Shown piece after piece: positions 52,440-64,000 of a stretch of DNA of 64,000 nt. A program made the translations under genes and the position numbers. This DNA comes from Balanoglossus misakiensis (taxonomy: Eukaryota > Animalia > Hemichordata), in NCBI GenBank assembly GCA_040954595.2, contig CM082576.2:9179129-9243128 (forward strand), given 5' to 3'. The notes beneath the pieces are model-generated. The model worked only from the letters and a program-made list of their open reading frames with translations, ran no database searches and had not been told where the DNA came from. Numbering within the stretch: the stretch's first letter is position 1; each line of letters starts with the position of its first letter.

Positions 52440-55400
52440 GTAACAGTTACAGCTGCATCGCGGTAAATGGATACTTCGTCCTAAGCTTGGTTGCCGGATA
52501 CCCATCTGGTATTTGCATCTGCAAAACAAGAAATGTAAAAATGACTGTCTTTAATATCCATGGACATGAAACAAAGCATGATCATCACTGTACAGCCAAT
52601 AGTTGTTCATTCGCAGAAGGTAATCAGGCAAATCTGTATGGCTGCCTGGAATTTAACTCTCTATTTGGCAATTTGATTCAATTCTACTGCAATAACGATA
52701 GAGATCTGTCCATATAAGCTTATAATTGCACTTAGTTGAACCGACATTGAACTCCTGGACATCGTGAACAAATACACCCCACCGTACCCTTCCATGTATT
52801 GTCTCAGTCAATTGCTTCAATTTTCTTTCCCACAATTCTTACCTTCCCACAACCATACGGTAATCTCTGGACATCAATCACACAGGCTGGCAATCATCTT
52901 AGCATCATCTATGGAATCTCTGGAATAAATGAAAAGTATGTAAAGATGGCTGACATGTTTGTGCCATAACAAAATGGCCACACCTTGCATCTAGCAGTCA
53001 GGTCGATTTTAAAACATCCACATATTTTACCGGTTCCATATTGTTACATGCAGGTTTGTGAAAAATCGGTTCGCTCGACTGGGAAAACGGCATCAGTCTG
53101 AATCGAAAAAACAAAAACTTCAAAATGGCCTCCGTGCATGAAAAGAGGGGCATTGATGTCTATATCGCTTGTCAAACCTTACTTGAAACCTCTGGTCTTC
53201 GTTCAGCCATTGAAGATACTGCCCTTACCGCACCGGCCAGCTGTACTGCTGTATGGCGAAAACAACTAGTAGCTTTATAGGCCCCAGCTTTGTTGATGAA
53301 TACTATTATGAGTTGATCTCGTCTCTGGATCTGCAAAACAAGGAAATGAAGTGAATGTATGCAATAATCATGATCGTTCAGTCATGGAACATACCTGCCC
53401 TTACCTCACCCAGCTATACCGCTGCATGGCGAAAAAAAACTCTGGTCTCTGCATCTGCAAAACAAGCAAATGAAAGTGAATATTCATGAACACGAAAGAA
53501 AACGTCTACCGCGATCACCGTACCACTCAGTTTATCAGTACAACGTGTATGTTTTTAATTTTTTATTGAAAAATGACGAAAGATGACAAATCTGACAAAA
53601 CCTATATTAACTACTAGTAAATACGCACGCTCAAAGATGATCGGTACGGAAATAAACCACTCAGTTTATCAGTACAACGTGTATGTTTTTATTTTTTTAT
53701 TGAAAAATGACGAAAGATGACAATTCTGACAAAACCTATATTAACTACTAGTAAATACGCACGCTCGAAGACGATCGGTACGGAAATAAACCACTCAGTT
53801 TATCAGTACAACGTGTATGTTTTTTATTTTTTATTGAAAAATGACGAAAGATGACAATTCTGACAAAACCTATATTAACTACTAGTAAATACGCACGCTC
53901 GAAGACGATCGGTACGGAAATAAACCACTCAGTTTATCAGTACAACGTGTATGTTTTTTATTTTTTATTGAAAAATGACGAAAGATGACAATTCTGACAA
54001 AACCTATATTAACTACTAGTATAAAATACGCACGCTCGAAGATGATCGGTACGGAAATAAACCACTCAGTTTATCAGTACAACGTGTAGGTTTTTAATTT
54101 TTTATTGAAAAATGACGAAAGATGACAAATCTGACAAAACCTGTATTAACTACTAGTAAATACGCACGCTCGAAGATGATCGGTACGGAAATAAACCACT
54201 CAGTTTATCAGTACAACGTGTATGTTTTTAATTTTTTATTGAAAAGTGACGAAAGATGACAAATCTGACAAAACCTGTATTAACTACTAGTAAATACGCA
54301 CGCTCGAAGATGATCGGTACGGAAATAAACCACTCAGTTTATCAGTACAACGTGTATGTTTTTAATTTTTTATTGAAAAATGACGAAAGATGACAAATCT
54401 AAAAACTTGTATTAATTATATTAAACCGTCGGTGAGAGGGATGGGACCCACCCGCCCCGGGGATTTTATTTATGTCTATATAACTTACTTGTTTTAAGCC
54501 TCATATAATCCACTGGTCTTCATTCAGCCATGGATCATACAAACGCTCACCTCATTGTAGTCTAGCTGCATGGCCCAAATATACCGTACAACTTACCGTA
54601 CGCTCATGCACACACACATTCACAACAACGAGCACCTTTCGAAACATTCAAAGCCGATGAACTTGTTGGTGCCGTAACAAAATGACCCATGCACCGAGCA
54701 TGTAGTCCAGTTGGTCGTAAAACTTTAAAATGACATCCATATAGCATCCGCATTGTTGCATTCTTCAGATTTGTGCAAAATCGGTTCGCTGAACTGGCTA
54801 CCGGCACCAGTCAGAATCGTTGAAAGATCTTAAAAATTGCCAAAAAAAACTTGGCTGATACCGCTTACTTTAACATCATGCTTGTAACATCATAGCATCC
54901 ACGTTGAACGTACACCACCAGTTCACCGGGGCCTCCGATCTGCAAAATGAGAACAAAATGAATGCCTTTCCATGTACACGAAACCAAATATCAACCGTGA
55001 TTACCGTACGCTAAACTGTTCTTCATTCGCATATTGTACATCATACACGACGACAATATGTGTTGTAGGGCTTCGTTGTCAGACAAGTAGTCTAAAACCC
55101 CCGCATGGCACTATGAACATTTACATACATGTATTTTCAAGTTTAGGCCTACAGCCAAGCGGAACATTGTAAAATCCGACAAAAATATTTTTGGCAAAGA
55201 CTGAACGGACACACAAATATAACTGTTTCCAATGAAGCGTTTCAAAGCCTACTCAGTACTTTTGCCATTGTCTGATAGTATAATACAAAATTTGCATTCA
55301 TTTACACCCGAAAACACGCTGACTGCAGGTGTACCCGCTGTAGCTGTCAATTCATCGAACCCGCTACCAATTCATCGTAGCCCCCCTCCCCTTTCCCGAA

Positions 55401-55850
55401 AAACTACCTTGTTTTTTATGTAAAAAAAATGCCGCCCACCAGTAGAGCTAAAACACCGACTTGTCTTAATTTGATAGACCGTATATCATTAGTAACGCGA
55501 AAGGGTGCGGGAATTTATGAATTAAAAAGCAGGGCAGCGCTGACTCGAGCTGTCCGACTGTGACGCATCCAATTTTTCAATTCTGTTGTGAAAACGTCTG
55601 GCTTTCAGTTGTCCGTAACTCGCCACAGAAAAACCCATGCTTCTGGTCAAAAATTGAGTAACTGTGTCTACTTCTGTTACTTTACTTACTTGGACCACAC
55701 AGAAAACTATCAGGCGGGAAAACCCTGTTTTTGGGTAGAGTTTTCCGCATCTTCGCATGCAACGTGCAGCAGCATGGCCGTCTGACTCTCTTATGAAAAT
55801 ACACGGAAGGCTAGACGGAAATTTCCAAGTGGAGGTGGTCCAGGTGGCTC
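52440..55850 (-). ncRNA. Candidate multi-exon non-coding transcript (or decayed transposon gene) between the two satellite blocks
   Basis: Minus-strand exon-like units with strong signals: donor GTAAGT after 55690; 54939-54869; 53454-53405; 53330-53229; 52919-52843; acceptor before 52518. No recognisable protein; 52919-52843 is closed in all three frames. No expression evidence. Confidence 0.4.
53522..54415. repeat. 134-bp tandem repeat, ~6.6 copies
   Basis: Unit starts ACCACTCAGTTTATCAGTACAACG at 53522, 53656, 53790, 53924, 54061, 54195 and 54329 (one unit is 137 bp). Confidence 0.97.
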
Positions 55851-55853
55851 CAA

Positions 55854-55916
55854 CCAATCAGCAGCGAAAGCTTTGCATAGTCACGTCTCAAGTCACGTCA
55901 CGTCACGTGACGTGAC
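55854..55916. promoter_or_regulatory. CCAAT box plus E-box/CRE-like palindrome cluster
   Basis: CCAATCA at 55854-55860; perfect 20-bp palindrome GTCACGTCACGTGACGTGAC at 55897-55916, with extra GTCACGT copies at 55880 and 55892. Confidence 0.5.
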
Positions 55917-55974
55917 CCGCATCAAAAGTGCTGACACAATTACATAACTGCTGAAATTTCGGATTCTTCAATTG

Positions 55975-56772
55975 TTGAAAAAAATCATGGGTTATAGCTC
56001 ATGAAAATCATCAAAAAATTACAAATTTCCGACCTTGCGAAATTTGTGTGATTTTGTCATTTTGAGACGTTTTTCATGGGTTATAGCTCATGAAAATTGT
56101 CAAAAAATGACAAATTTCCGACTTTGCGAACTTTGGTGATTTTGTCATTTTGGGACATTTTTCATGGGTTATAGCTCATGAAAATTGTCGAAATATGACA
56201 ATTTCCCGACTTTGCGAACCTTGGAGATTTTGTCATTTTGGGACATTTTTCATTGGTTATAGCTCATGAAAATTGTCAAAATATGACAATTTCCCGACTT
56301 TGCGAACATTGGTGATTTTGTCATTTTGGGACATTTTTCATTGGTTAGAGCTCATGAAAATTGTCAAAATATGACAATTTCCGACTTTGCGAAATTTGGT
56401 GATTTTGTCATTTTGAGACGTTTTTCATGGGTTATAGCTGATGAAAATTGTCAAAATATGACAATTTCCCGACTTTGCGAACCTTGGAGATTTTGTCATT
56501 TTGGGACATTTTTCATGGGCTATAGCTCATGAAAATTGTCAAAAAATGACAATTTCCCGACTTTGCGAACCTTGGTGATTTTGTCATTTTGGGACATTTT
56601 TCATGGGTTATAGCTCATGAAAATTGTCAAAAAATGACGAATTCCCGACTTTGCGAACTTTGGTGATTTTGTCATTTTGGAACATTTTTCATGGGTTATA
56701 GCTCATGAAAATTGTTATAGCTCATGAATATTGTTAAAATATGACAATTTGCCGACTTTGCGAACTTTGGTG
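55975..56772. repeat. Second block of the 88-bp satellite (edge-type variant), ~9 copies, same orientation as the main array
   Basis: Monomers CATGGGTTATAGCTCATGAAAATTGTCAAAA(A/T)ATGACAATTTCCCGACTTTGCGAAC(C/T)TTGGTGATTTTGTCATTTTGGGACATTTTT, matching the variants at 38436-38600 and 51370-51783. Confidence 0.95.
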
Positions 56773-59076
56773 AAAATTTACATGGAAACGTTTGTTAATT
56801 TAGGTTTCTATACTCATAAAGTTTATACTTGCCTGATCTTTACCTTTTATCTGGTGACATTTCTTGGATGCTCACGACAGAAAAGTGGAATACAAGATTG
56901 ATACTGTTGAGGGCGCTTTGTGTCATCTTCTCACACTCAACTTCAAATCACCAAACTTCACATCAACAGTACCATACAAACATTTGCATTTCATATTATC
57001 AAAGGACAAGGCTTTGGACGTACTGCTGAGACATTTGAACTACACCATATTCATCCTAAAATGCAACATTGGCTATATAATAATAATAAAGTCATCTGGG
57101 TTTTATATTGGCAAATAATTTTGGGTGTTTCTTAATAGCAACAACGGTTACAAGAGTTTTTCTTAACATTGTACAACTGTGAATGTCAGCAATGTTTACA
57201 AGAGTGTCAAGTTCAAAACGAGCATGTCCCAGAAAAGGTGGGTGTTGGAAAACAACAGCAGGACAATTGCAGATCCCACATACAGCTTTTAAAGCAGAGA
57301 GTGAGATTTAGCCACACACAACTTGAAGAAAGGATTTCAATAATGACTCTCATCATGGTTCAGTCTCTCATATCCATGGCAACTAAATCAGACACACGTG
57401 CACACGCATGACTAATGTTGATATCTCGCGATATCAAAAATTTATTTGAACAACTGTGCTCGAAAAGTGCTTGGTGTGTAAACAACACAAATAAGTAAAT
57501 GAGTGGGATGATGCCATGCAATGGGCAACTACAGAACAAAGTCAACAAATGTTCAACATTTTTTTCCCCGAAAAACTTTTTTTCAAAACTGACAGAAGAA
57601 ACATCAAGAACATTCAGATGAAGTCTCTTTTTTATATAAGCTATAAAACAAAAGAGATACAATGAAATTTTTTAAAATCAATGTTAATTTACAACTGAAA
57701 AACAATAACAATAATAAGTTGACTGGGATCATAATCAAGTTGAAAATAAAAAAACTTTAAAACATCTTTGCACAACTCTGACTGATGGCTAAACTCCTTG
57801 GAACAAAGCTAAAGTCTCTATCTCACTGGCGTACTGATAACTTCTTGAAGGGTTTTTTGGTTTTTCACTTACATTTAGAAAATATAAGGAAAAGATGTTA
57901 AGTACAAAACTGTTAAAAACCTTTGTTTCTTTCTCTTCATACCTAACTCGTTAGTTATTGCAGTACAAAAGTCGTTAGTGAAGCGTCTTATAAAAGTGAA
58001 AGTCTTCTCCAGAAACTTACAAAAATCGTCTGGGTGTAACAAAACTGAGCTTGTACTGGAGTCTCGTGAAAAAAGTTATCAAAAAATGCTTTCGAATGAC
58101 TATTTCAGTTCGGTCTGTATGGAAGCCACCTTGAGGTATTCGTTTGCATTTTATTCGTTGGTTAATTATTAGTTATTATTATTATTACTTTTTTGTTGTG
58201 GTTTTTATTAAATCCACTGTTTTTTTTCTCAAAGGGGAGGGGGGAGAGAAAATGCTGTTGGCTGGATGTGTCAACCGGAGTGAGGTATAAAATAACTTAC
58301 AAAAGAAAAAAATAATAATAGGTCATGGTACTTTGGTTTCTCAAGAAATTCTGTGACAGTCAAGCTTTTATGTAAAGTACAAATTACCCTGATGCTGAGA
58401 CCTGCCCTCTCAAAAACACCGGCAGTGACTATTTCCATGGAAAAAAAATATATAAAAACAAAAATCAAAGAAAAACAACAAAACAAAAGAAAAATTAAAA
58501 ATGTCTAGGTATAATATAATAGTCAAATGTAATACTGTTCTGTACAACAGATAATAATTCTTACACAGTTAAGTTCTAACAGAAAAAAAAAACATGTTAA
58601 GTCTTTACACAAAAAACAACAATGTTGAGGAATATACTTTTTTTACATTAAATGAAATAATACTAGAAATATCACATTATATACAAATTTATAGAATTCT
58701 ATACTGACAAAACTTTCACAAAGTGACATTTAAAAAGAAAACAGTCCATCTGGGACTCTCAGCCATTTCCATTTGTCCCTTGTATTTGTCTCAATTCACA
58801 AAAAGAAAATGGTCCTGTAGTCTCCTTCTAACCTCCGTTCATCTTATTTATCCCGCTACGCTGACTGAAGCCATTTCAGAGCATCTCCATTAAGTTAAGT
58901 AACAGCTAAAAAAATTAAAAAAATTTTCTTCTTTTATACACCATGATTATTTGAACCAACAAGTACACAGAATATCACTGGCAACAGATCGCCACACCCC
59001 TCCAATATCACCATAATGGTAGAGTCTGTATGTATTCTGTCTGAGGGTGAGTCTATTTGTACACAGGGGGGTAGAG

Positions 59077-62000
59077 TTAATGCTGGCTGGCATCAAAGCA
59101 GGTCACCATCATCACATGCGATTTACACACATTGAGTCTTTTCTCCAACTGCTTTGTTTCGTCTTCCAGAGCCTGTACATAATTGGGCGCGTCCGGGTCC
59201 AGCTCTTCCAAGACATTCACTGCAAAAGACATGGTACAGGAACTCGAATTAGAAATACATACAATAACAGACACCGACCGAGGAGCCAAAAACATTCATG
59301 TCAATAAATTTATTAGTCTCAAAGGAAACACTTTGCACTATGAGTGACAGTGACCACATTTCAGTTTTCAAAAATGGCACTACACGTTGAACATACCAAA
59401 AAATGACAAGACTTCTTTTTAAAAATTGTTCTTCTCAAAGTGCACTCTACCATCATGGAAATATTCCATTTTCTGCAGAGCAGCTGAGTCAGCATGTTTG
59501 ACAATATATTTTTTTAGGACCTAGTGTTGTCATATGGGGAAATGGAAACTTTCTACAAAGTAAATCATATCACACTTGGACAACTTTTTTGACATTTTCT
59601 GACTGATTCTCCAACTCCGATTATCTAGAAGTAACTTTTGAAGGAAATGTCACCCGAAAATGTCTGTTGCACAGCACAGTTACGACTATCACTTACAATT
59701 GAAATTCCACTCGGACGAGTCGATCATCAGTCTGGCTTTGGTGGACGACAACTGCTCCTTCAACCGTTGCTGTCTAAACTTGAGAGTGGCGATGTTTTCC
59801 TGCTTCCGTTCAATGGCTGCTAACTTGGCGTTGAAGTAGGCCATACTCTGGAATGTTTTAAAAAAGGGGAGAGAGTTGTGGAATGAGAATCGGCATACTT
59901 GCGAACAGAAATGGCAGATTTCGTCCTCTACCCCTGACAATTTTTCTCAGCATTGCATGGATTTCAACAGAGCATGAGTACAACAGCAACAGATTTGTCA
60001 CCCAGTGCCCGAACAAATTGATTCCCAAGACTTAAGATAAAAAGATATATGTTATCACAAGTGTGAATAAAAATGCAAAACAAAAGAGTGAAATATGTCT
60101 TCACATTGTGGTAGCTTGCAATTTCAAATTTAACATTTTTGCATTCAGCAGGCATAGTCATTATGATAGTAATCCAAAAATAATGGATATAGCTATCATA
60201 TGTGCTTGTCAAGTATTGGGCTGGCTTGCAGCAGTCTTGCAAACTCTATGATTGGTCAATTTCTAGAGATATCTTTATTAGACCATTCTGTGCACAAAAA
60301 AACAATGAAATTTCATACTTCTGATACGCTGCAAGCCAACCCGATTCAACGAATGGATCTGACATCATTTACTCATAAAAAAGTGCAAAACACATTGAAG
60401 ACATGCATCTTATACAAACACCACAGCATTATCATTCATGAAATATTCTCAGAGACCATTAAGCATTTTCTTCAAGGAACTTCTCTCAGCCTGAACATTT
60501 ACAGAAAGACTCAATTTTGTCTGTTTTTGTCATTTGAAACTCTCAAAATGAACGATGTTCCATTTTCAGATTTGGTAAAAAAAAGGGCATGTAGTTAGAT
60601 GTTGTTATTCAAGTTAGAAAATGCCACACCGACAAACACTATGAGTCGGTTGAAATGTCATCTGAGAAAAAAGTTTGAAGCTTGAAAGCCATGCTGACAG
60701 ACAGAAAGCCAGAAACATGCAGTGAGGATCATGACTGGTACATCAACACATGGAATGATAAACATGGCATGTTTACTGTATCACAAGACAACCAAGTACT
60801 GGGACAGTTGGCCGCGAGGGAGAAGGGATGGCCTGTAGAAACCCACCTCCTTTTCGCATTGAATCGCATCAATGTCATCCTCATTTCCCTCATCCTCATC
60901 CTCAAAATACTCATCCTCCTCCCCATCATCATCATCATCATCATCATCATCGACATCGTCAAGATCGTCAAGATCATCAACATCATCCTCCGAGCTCATC
61001 ACAGAGCTCTTCTATTATTGTTAATAGCAAGCAGCGTCAAGAGAAAAAAGAGGAAGTGATGGAGACATGGAGCATTATGTTTACAGATAGAATGAGCTGT
61101 ATAGTATTAGAATGCACACGCAGAGTAACCTCACACTCAACACTACCAAAGACAGCATTCACCTGACTTGTTGGGTTAGGCTATATGTGTTTCCGCAGGT
61201 ATTAGAATCTGAGCATTAGATGCATGATCTAAGTGCTTAGCATGGTACGGACAAGGGAAAGGGACTGAAAAACTATGCATTCCCAAACAAAACAAAAAAG
61301 GGGGACGGATGCGAGAACTCAGAAAAAAAAATCAGTTGGACTCGGCAACCTACATTTACTAAATGGTTGAAAAGACTCCAGTACAAGGTTTACACAGACT
61401 ACTTCAACCCACACATACTATCAGAGTCTCTGCTCTTGCTGTAAAAAATAAAAATATTTGTACCGAGTCACTGAGAAGAAAAATGAACGGTATGTAGAAA
61501 GAAAAAGAACAGAAAAAGAAAGAGGTGGATAGTCAGTAAGAAATGAGCTGATCTTAACGCAATAAATAAAGAGAAACAAAACATAAACTAAAACATTAAA
61601 AAAAATCAAATGTCATTTCACCAGGAAGTGGTGGGCTCTTACCTCGCCATCATCCGGTCTAATCCTCTGTACTTTCTCTATATTATCTACTTCATACACT
61701 TTGAGCGCTACTGTGTCGTTCGGTGATTTGGGGCGCAGATCTACCCACCGTCCTGGACTGCTCTTGCGTGAAGCTGAAGGACTATCTGAAGGCCTTGGAG
61801 GTGCAGTGCGACGACTTCTACTTCCTGTTGAGGCAATGAAACAGAGAATGTTTTTTCAGGTAAATAAATGCAATCTGTTCATTACAATACATGTAAAATG
61901 TGAGTACATGAAACTATGGATTTTTTTGAGGATTACACTTGTCTCTCTTGTTAGATGCTGCTAGATTACATCAGATTTGTACTGTAAGGTGGTGTACTCT

Positions 62001-64000
62001 GTAGAAACCGATTTGAACTTAAACCTTTTGAACCCAACTTGGAACAAAACTCCCAATCATGTCATAGCTAGGTCAACACGCGGCTCATGGTGCAAAGCGT
62101 TAGACAGACCAGCAGTGCATTTGTGAATGTTTTTGGTAGACCTTCAGAAAAAACAACAAAGCAAGTTACATAATTATATAGTGTACCTTGCGAGAGCTTC
62201 TTCTTCAGCATCTTAACTCCTTTGACTCTGCCAGCCGAGCTCTCACTGAGCGAGTCGTGCGTGGATGAAGTGCTGGCAGTTGCTTCGCTGTCTCTCAGCA
62301 TGCTCTCGTAGCCGCTGCTGGTCCCCCCGGTGCACGGGGAGGCGATCTTGCTGCCCGTGAATCCGATGGTCTCACTGATAGTACTGCTGTTGTCGCTGCC
62401 GTGCCCGCTGCTGCAGCGGCTGGTCATGCGCGGCTTGGTCACCGTGGAGTACGGCGAGAGGAAGCGGGACTTGTTCTTGGTGGGCGTGCTCTCCGCCCCG
62501 GCGATGCCGCTGTCGTTGCCGCTGTCCGAGTCCGTGTGCCTCAGCGACTGGCTGGGTCGGCCGTTCAGTTCAACGATGCTCTTGTTGGTCTTCGCGTTGT
62601 TCTGCTGGGCTTTGGTGCTTGAGCTTTTGGCAAGAGACGGCGCAGATTTGCTGACAGCCCTGCTGCTGCTGGACAGACTGCCACTAGGCTTACTTGAAGT
62701 CTGGGGGATTTTGCTGCTCCCGACACCAAACTTCCCACCTGTCGAAGTCTTACTCGAAGCCTTGCTGCTCTGGTTTTGCATAGATTTCCCACTGGCCTGA
62801 GAGGACTTGCTGGTCTGCGTCATTGCCTTGCTGGATGCTGCACTTCTCACCGAATGCATAGATGATTTACTTGAGGTAGTTGCAGAGTTCTTGGTCAGTT
62901 TGGCTGACGGTAAAGGCAGTTTGGAGTTCTTCGAATTCAACTTTGAGCTTCCGGTATTGCTGGAGAGAAGGTTGACGGCAGTCGTGCTCGATGACCTCGT
63001 GGGCAATTTGGTGCTTCTGCTGCTGGCGCTCGATGCCGACCGCAGACTCGCGGTCTCCAAGTTGTGTCTTTTCGGTGGCGACTTCATCCGGATGACGTCC
63101 GCCAGGGATGCAACCTTGGTGTTCTCGTGTTTGGCGTGCTGCCTTGGTTTGACCATGGCTTTCGGCTTTGGTGGTACATTTGGCTTATCGGCCTTCGACG
63201 CGACGGCCGGCTTGCTCGTCTTGGACGTGAGGGAGGCTTTGGCACTCTGACTCACCCTTCTGACTTCCACCTCCTTCTCAAACCTGCGCGGCGGCACTTT
63301 GCGCGCCGTCACTTCCTGGTGGAGTTGCCGGATGTTGCCATTGATGTCCTCCCTGTTCGTACAACAACTACAAACAGAGTTCGCCGGCGACAGCGCCCTA
63401 GCCGGCGACAGTGGAGTTTTCATGACGCGGCAACAAGAGTCCGACGCGTACCCGTCGGGCTTGCCGTTCAAGTCCTTCCTCCTCAACACGTGGTTCGACC
63501 TCCAGTTGTACATCGCGGGCTTCGTCCGCTTGACGGCCTCGGGCGGGTCGCATGCGCCGTCCGGTCGCCGCGACAACCAGCTGGGAGGCTCCTCGGAATC
63601 CGACATCACCGGAGAATAGGTGACCGATCCGATGGTGGTCACTGGCAAAGGCGCCACAAATTCGTCCGGGAGTTGAGACTTCATCTCCGCGATGCTGCTT
63701 ATGTCCGGGTCGGATTTCCCCTCCACGTGCCACAGCCTGGTCTCTTTCCTCCAGGCCGGCTGCTGGCTCGACTGCTCTTCCACGGTGAACTGTATCGGCT
63801 CTAGTTTGGATGGAGACGGATCTCTCTTGGGGGACCCCATCAACAGATCCGGCATCGGGGCACTCACCTGGTGTTTGGGACTCTGCTTGGGACTGCTGCC
63901 CTCATCCCACGGCATCGACTGCGGGGTTATCTTGGGATGCACAGATATGGTGCTCTCCAGTGGCTTCCTCGACGGACTGGTTGGCGGACTGACGACTTTG
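59077..64000 (-). CDS. KIF26: Kinesin-11 family KIF26A/B-like protein, 3' part (5' end lies beyond the window)
   Basis: Exons >64000-62187, 61824-61643, (optional 61011-60847), 59847-59697, 59219-59077. KIF26 tail motifs: SPYSTVT, SSGHGSDNSS, SSGYESMLRDSEAT, RWVD, LKVYEVDNIE, YFNAKL, RLNVCKSHVMMVTCFD. Confidence 0.92.
60847..61011 (-). CDS. Candidate 55-aa Asp/Glu-rich cassette exon of KIF26
   Basis: 165 nt, phase 0-0, TAG acceptor after a pyrimidine tract, GTGGGT donor. Encodes KSSVMSSEDDVDDLDDLDDVDDDDDDDDDGEEDEYFEDEDEGNEDDIDAIQCEKE. Confidence 0.6.

Noticed and set aside
38436-54415. CRISPR-like array in the 88-bp or 134-bp repeats
   Set aside because: Units are contiguous with no unique spacers, there are no cas genes, and the context is spliced eukaryotic genes.
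60682-61166. Poly-Ile, poly-His and poly-Met ORFs
   Set aside because: Alternative frames of the (GAT)n-rich acidic exon candidate.

Overview
Eukaryotic, intron-containing DNA from an invertebrate animal (probably a marine deuterostome; the taxon is an inference). From left to right: two convergent 3-exon CYP2-clan cytochrome P450 genes with the same exon layout (3542-5995 +; 18116-10584 -), the second with a non-canonical I-helix; a complete 14-exon CRNKL1 (-) containing a clear U12-type AT-AC intron; a complete 25-coding-exon CFAP61 (+) head-to-head with CRNKL1, as in human; a ~13.3 kb array of an 88-bp dyad-symmetric satellite with higher-order repeats; a 4.2 kb core holding a promoter-like site, a chain of duplicated non-coding exon-like units and a 134-bp tandem repeat; a second short block of the same satellite; and the 3' part of a KIF26A/B-type kinesin gene (-) with a candidate poly-acidic cassette exon. 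Several MITEs and microsatellites lie in introns and intergenic DNA. The least explained structure is the satellite-core-satellite cassette at 38.4-56.8 kb.
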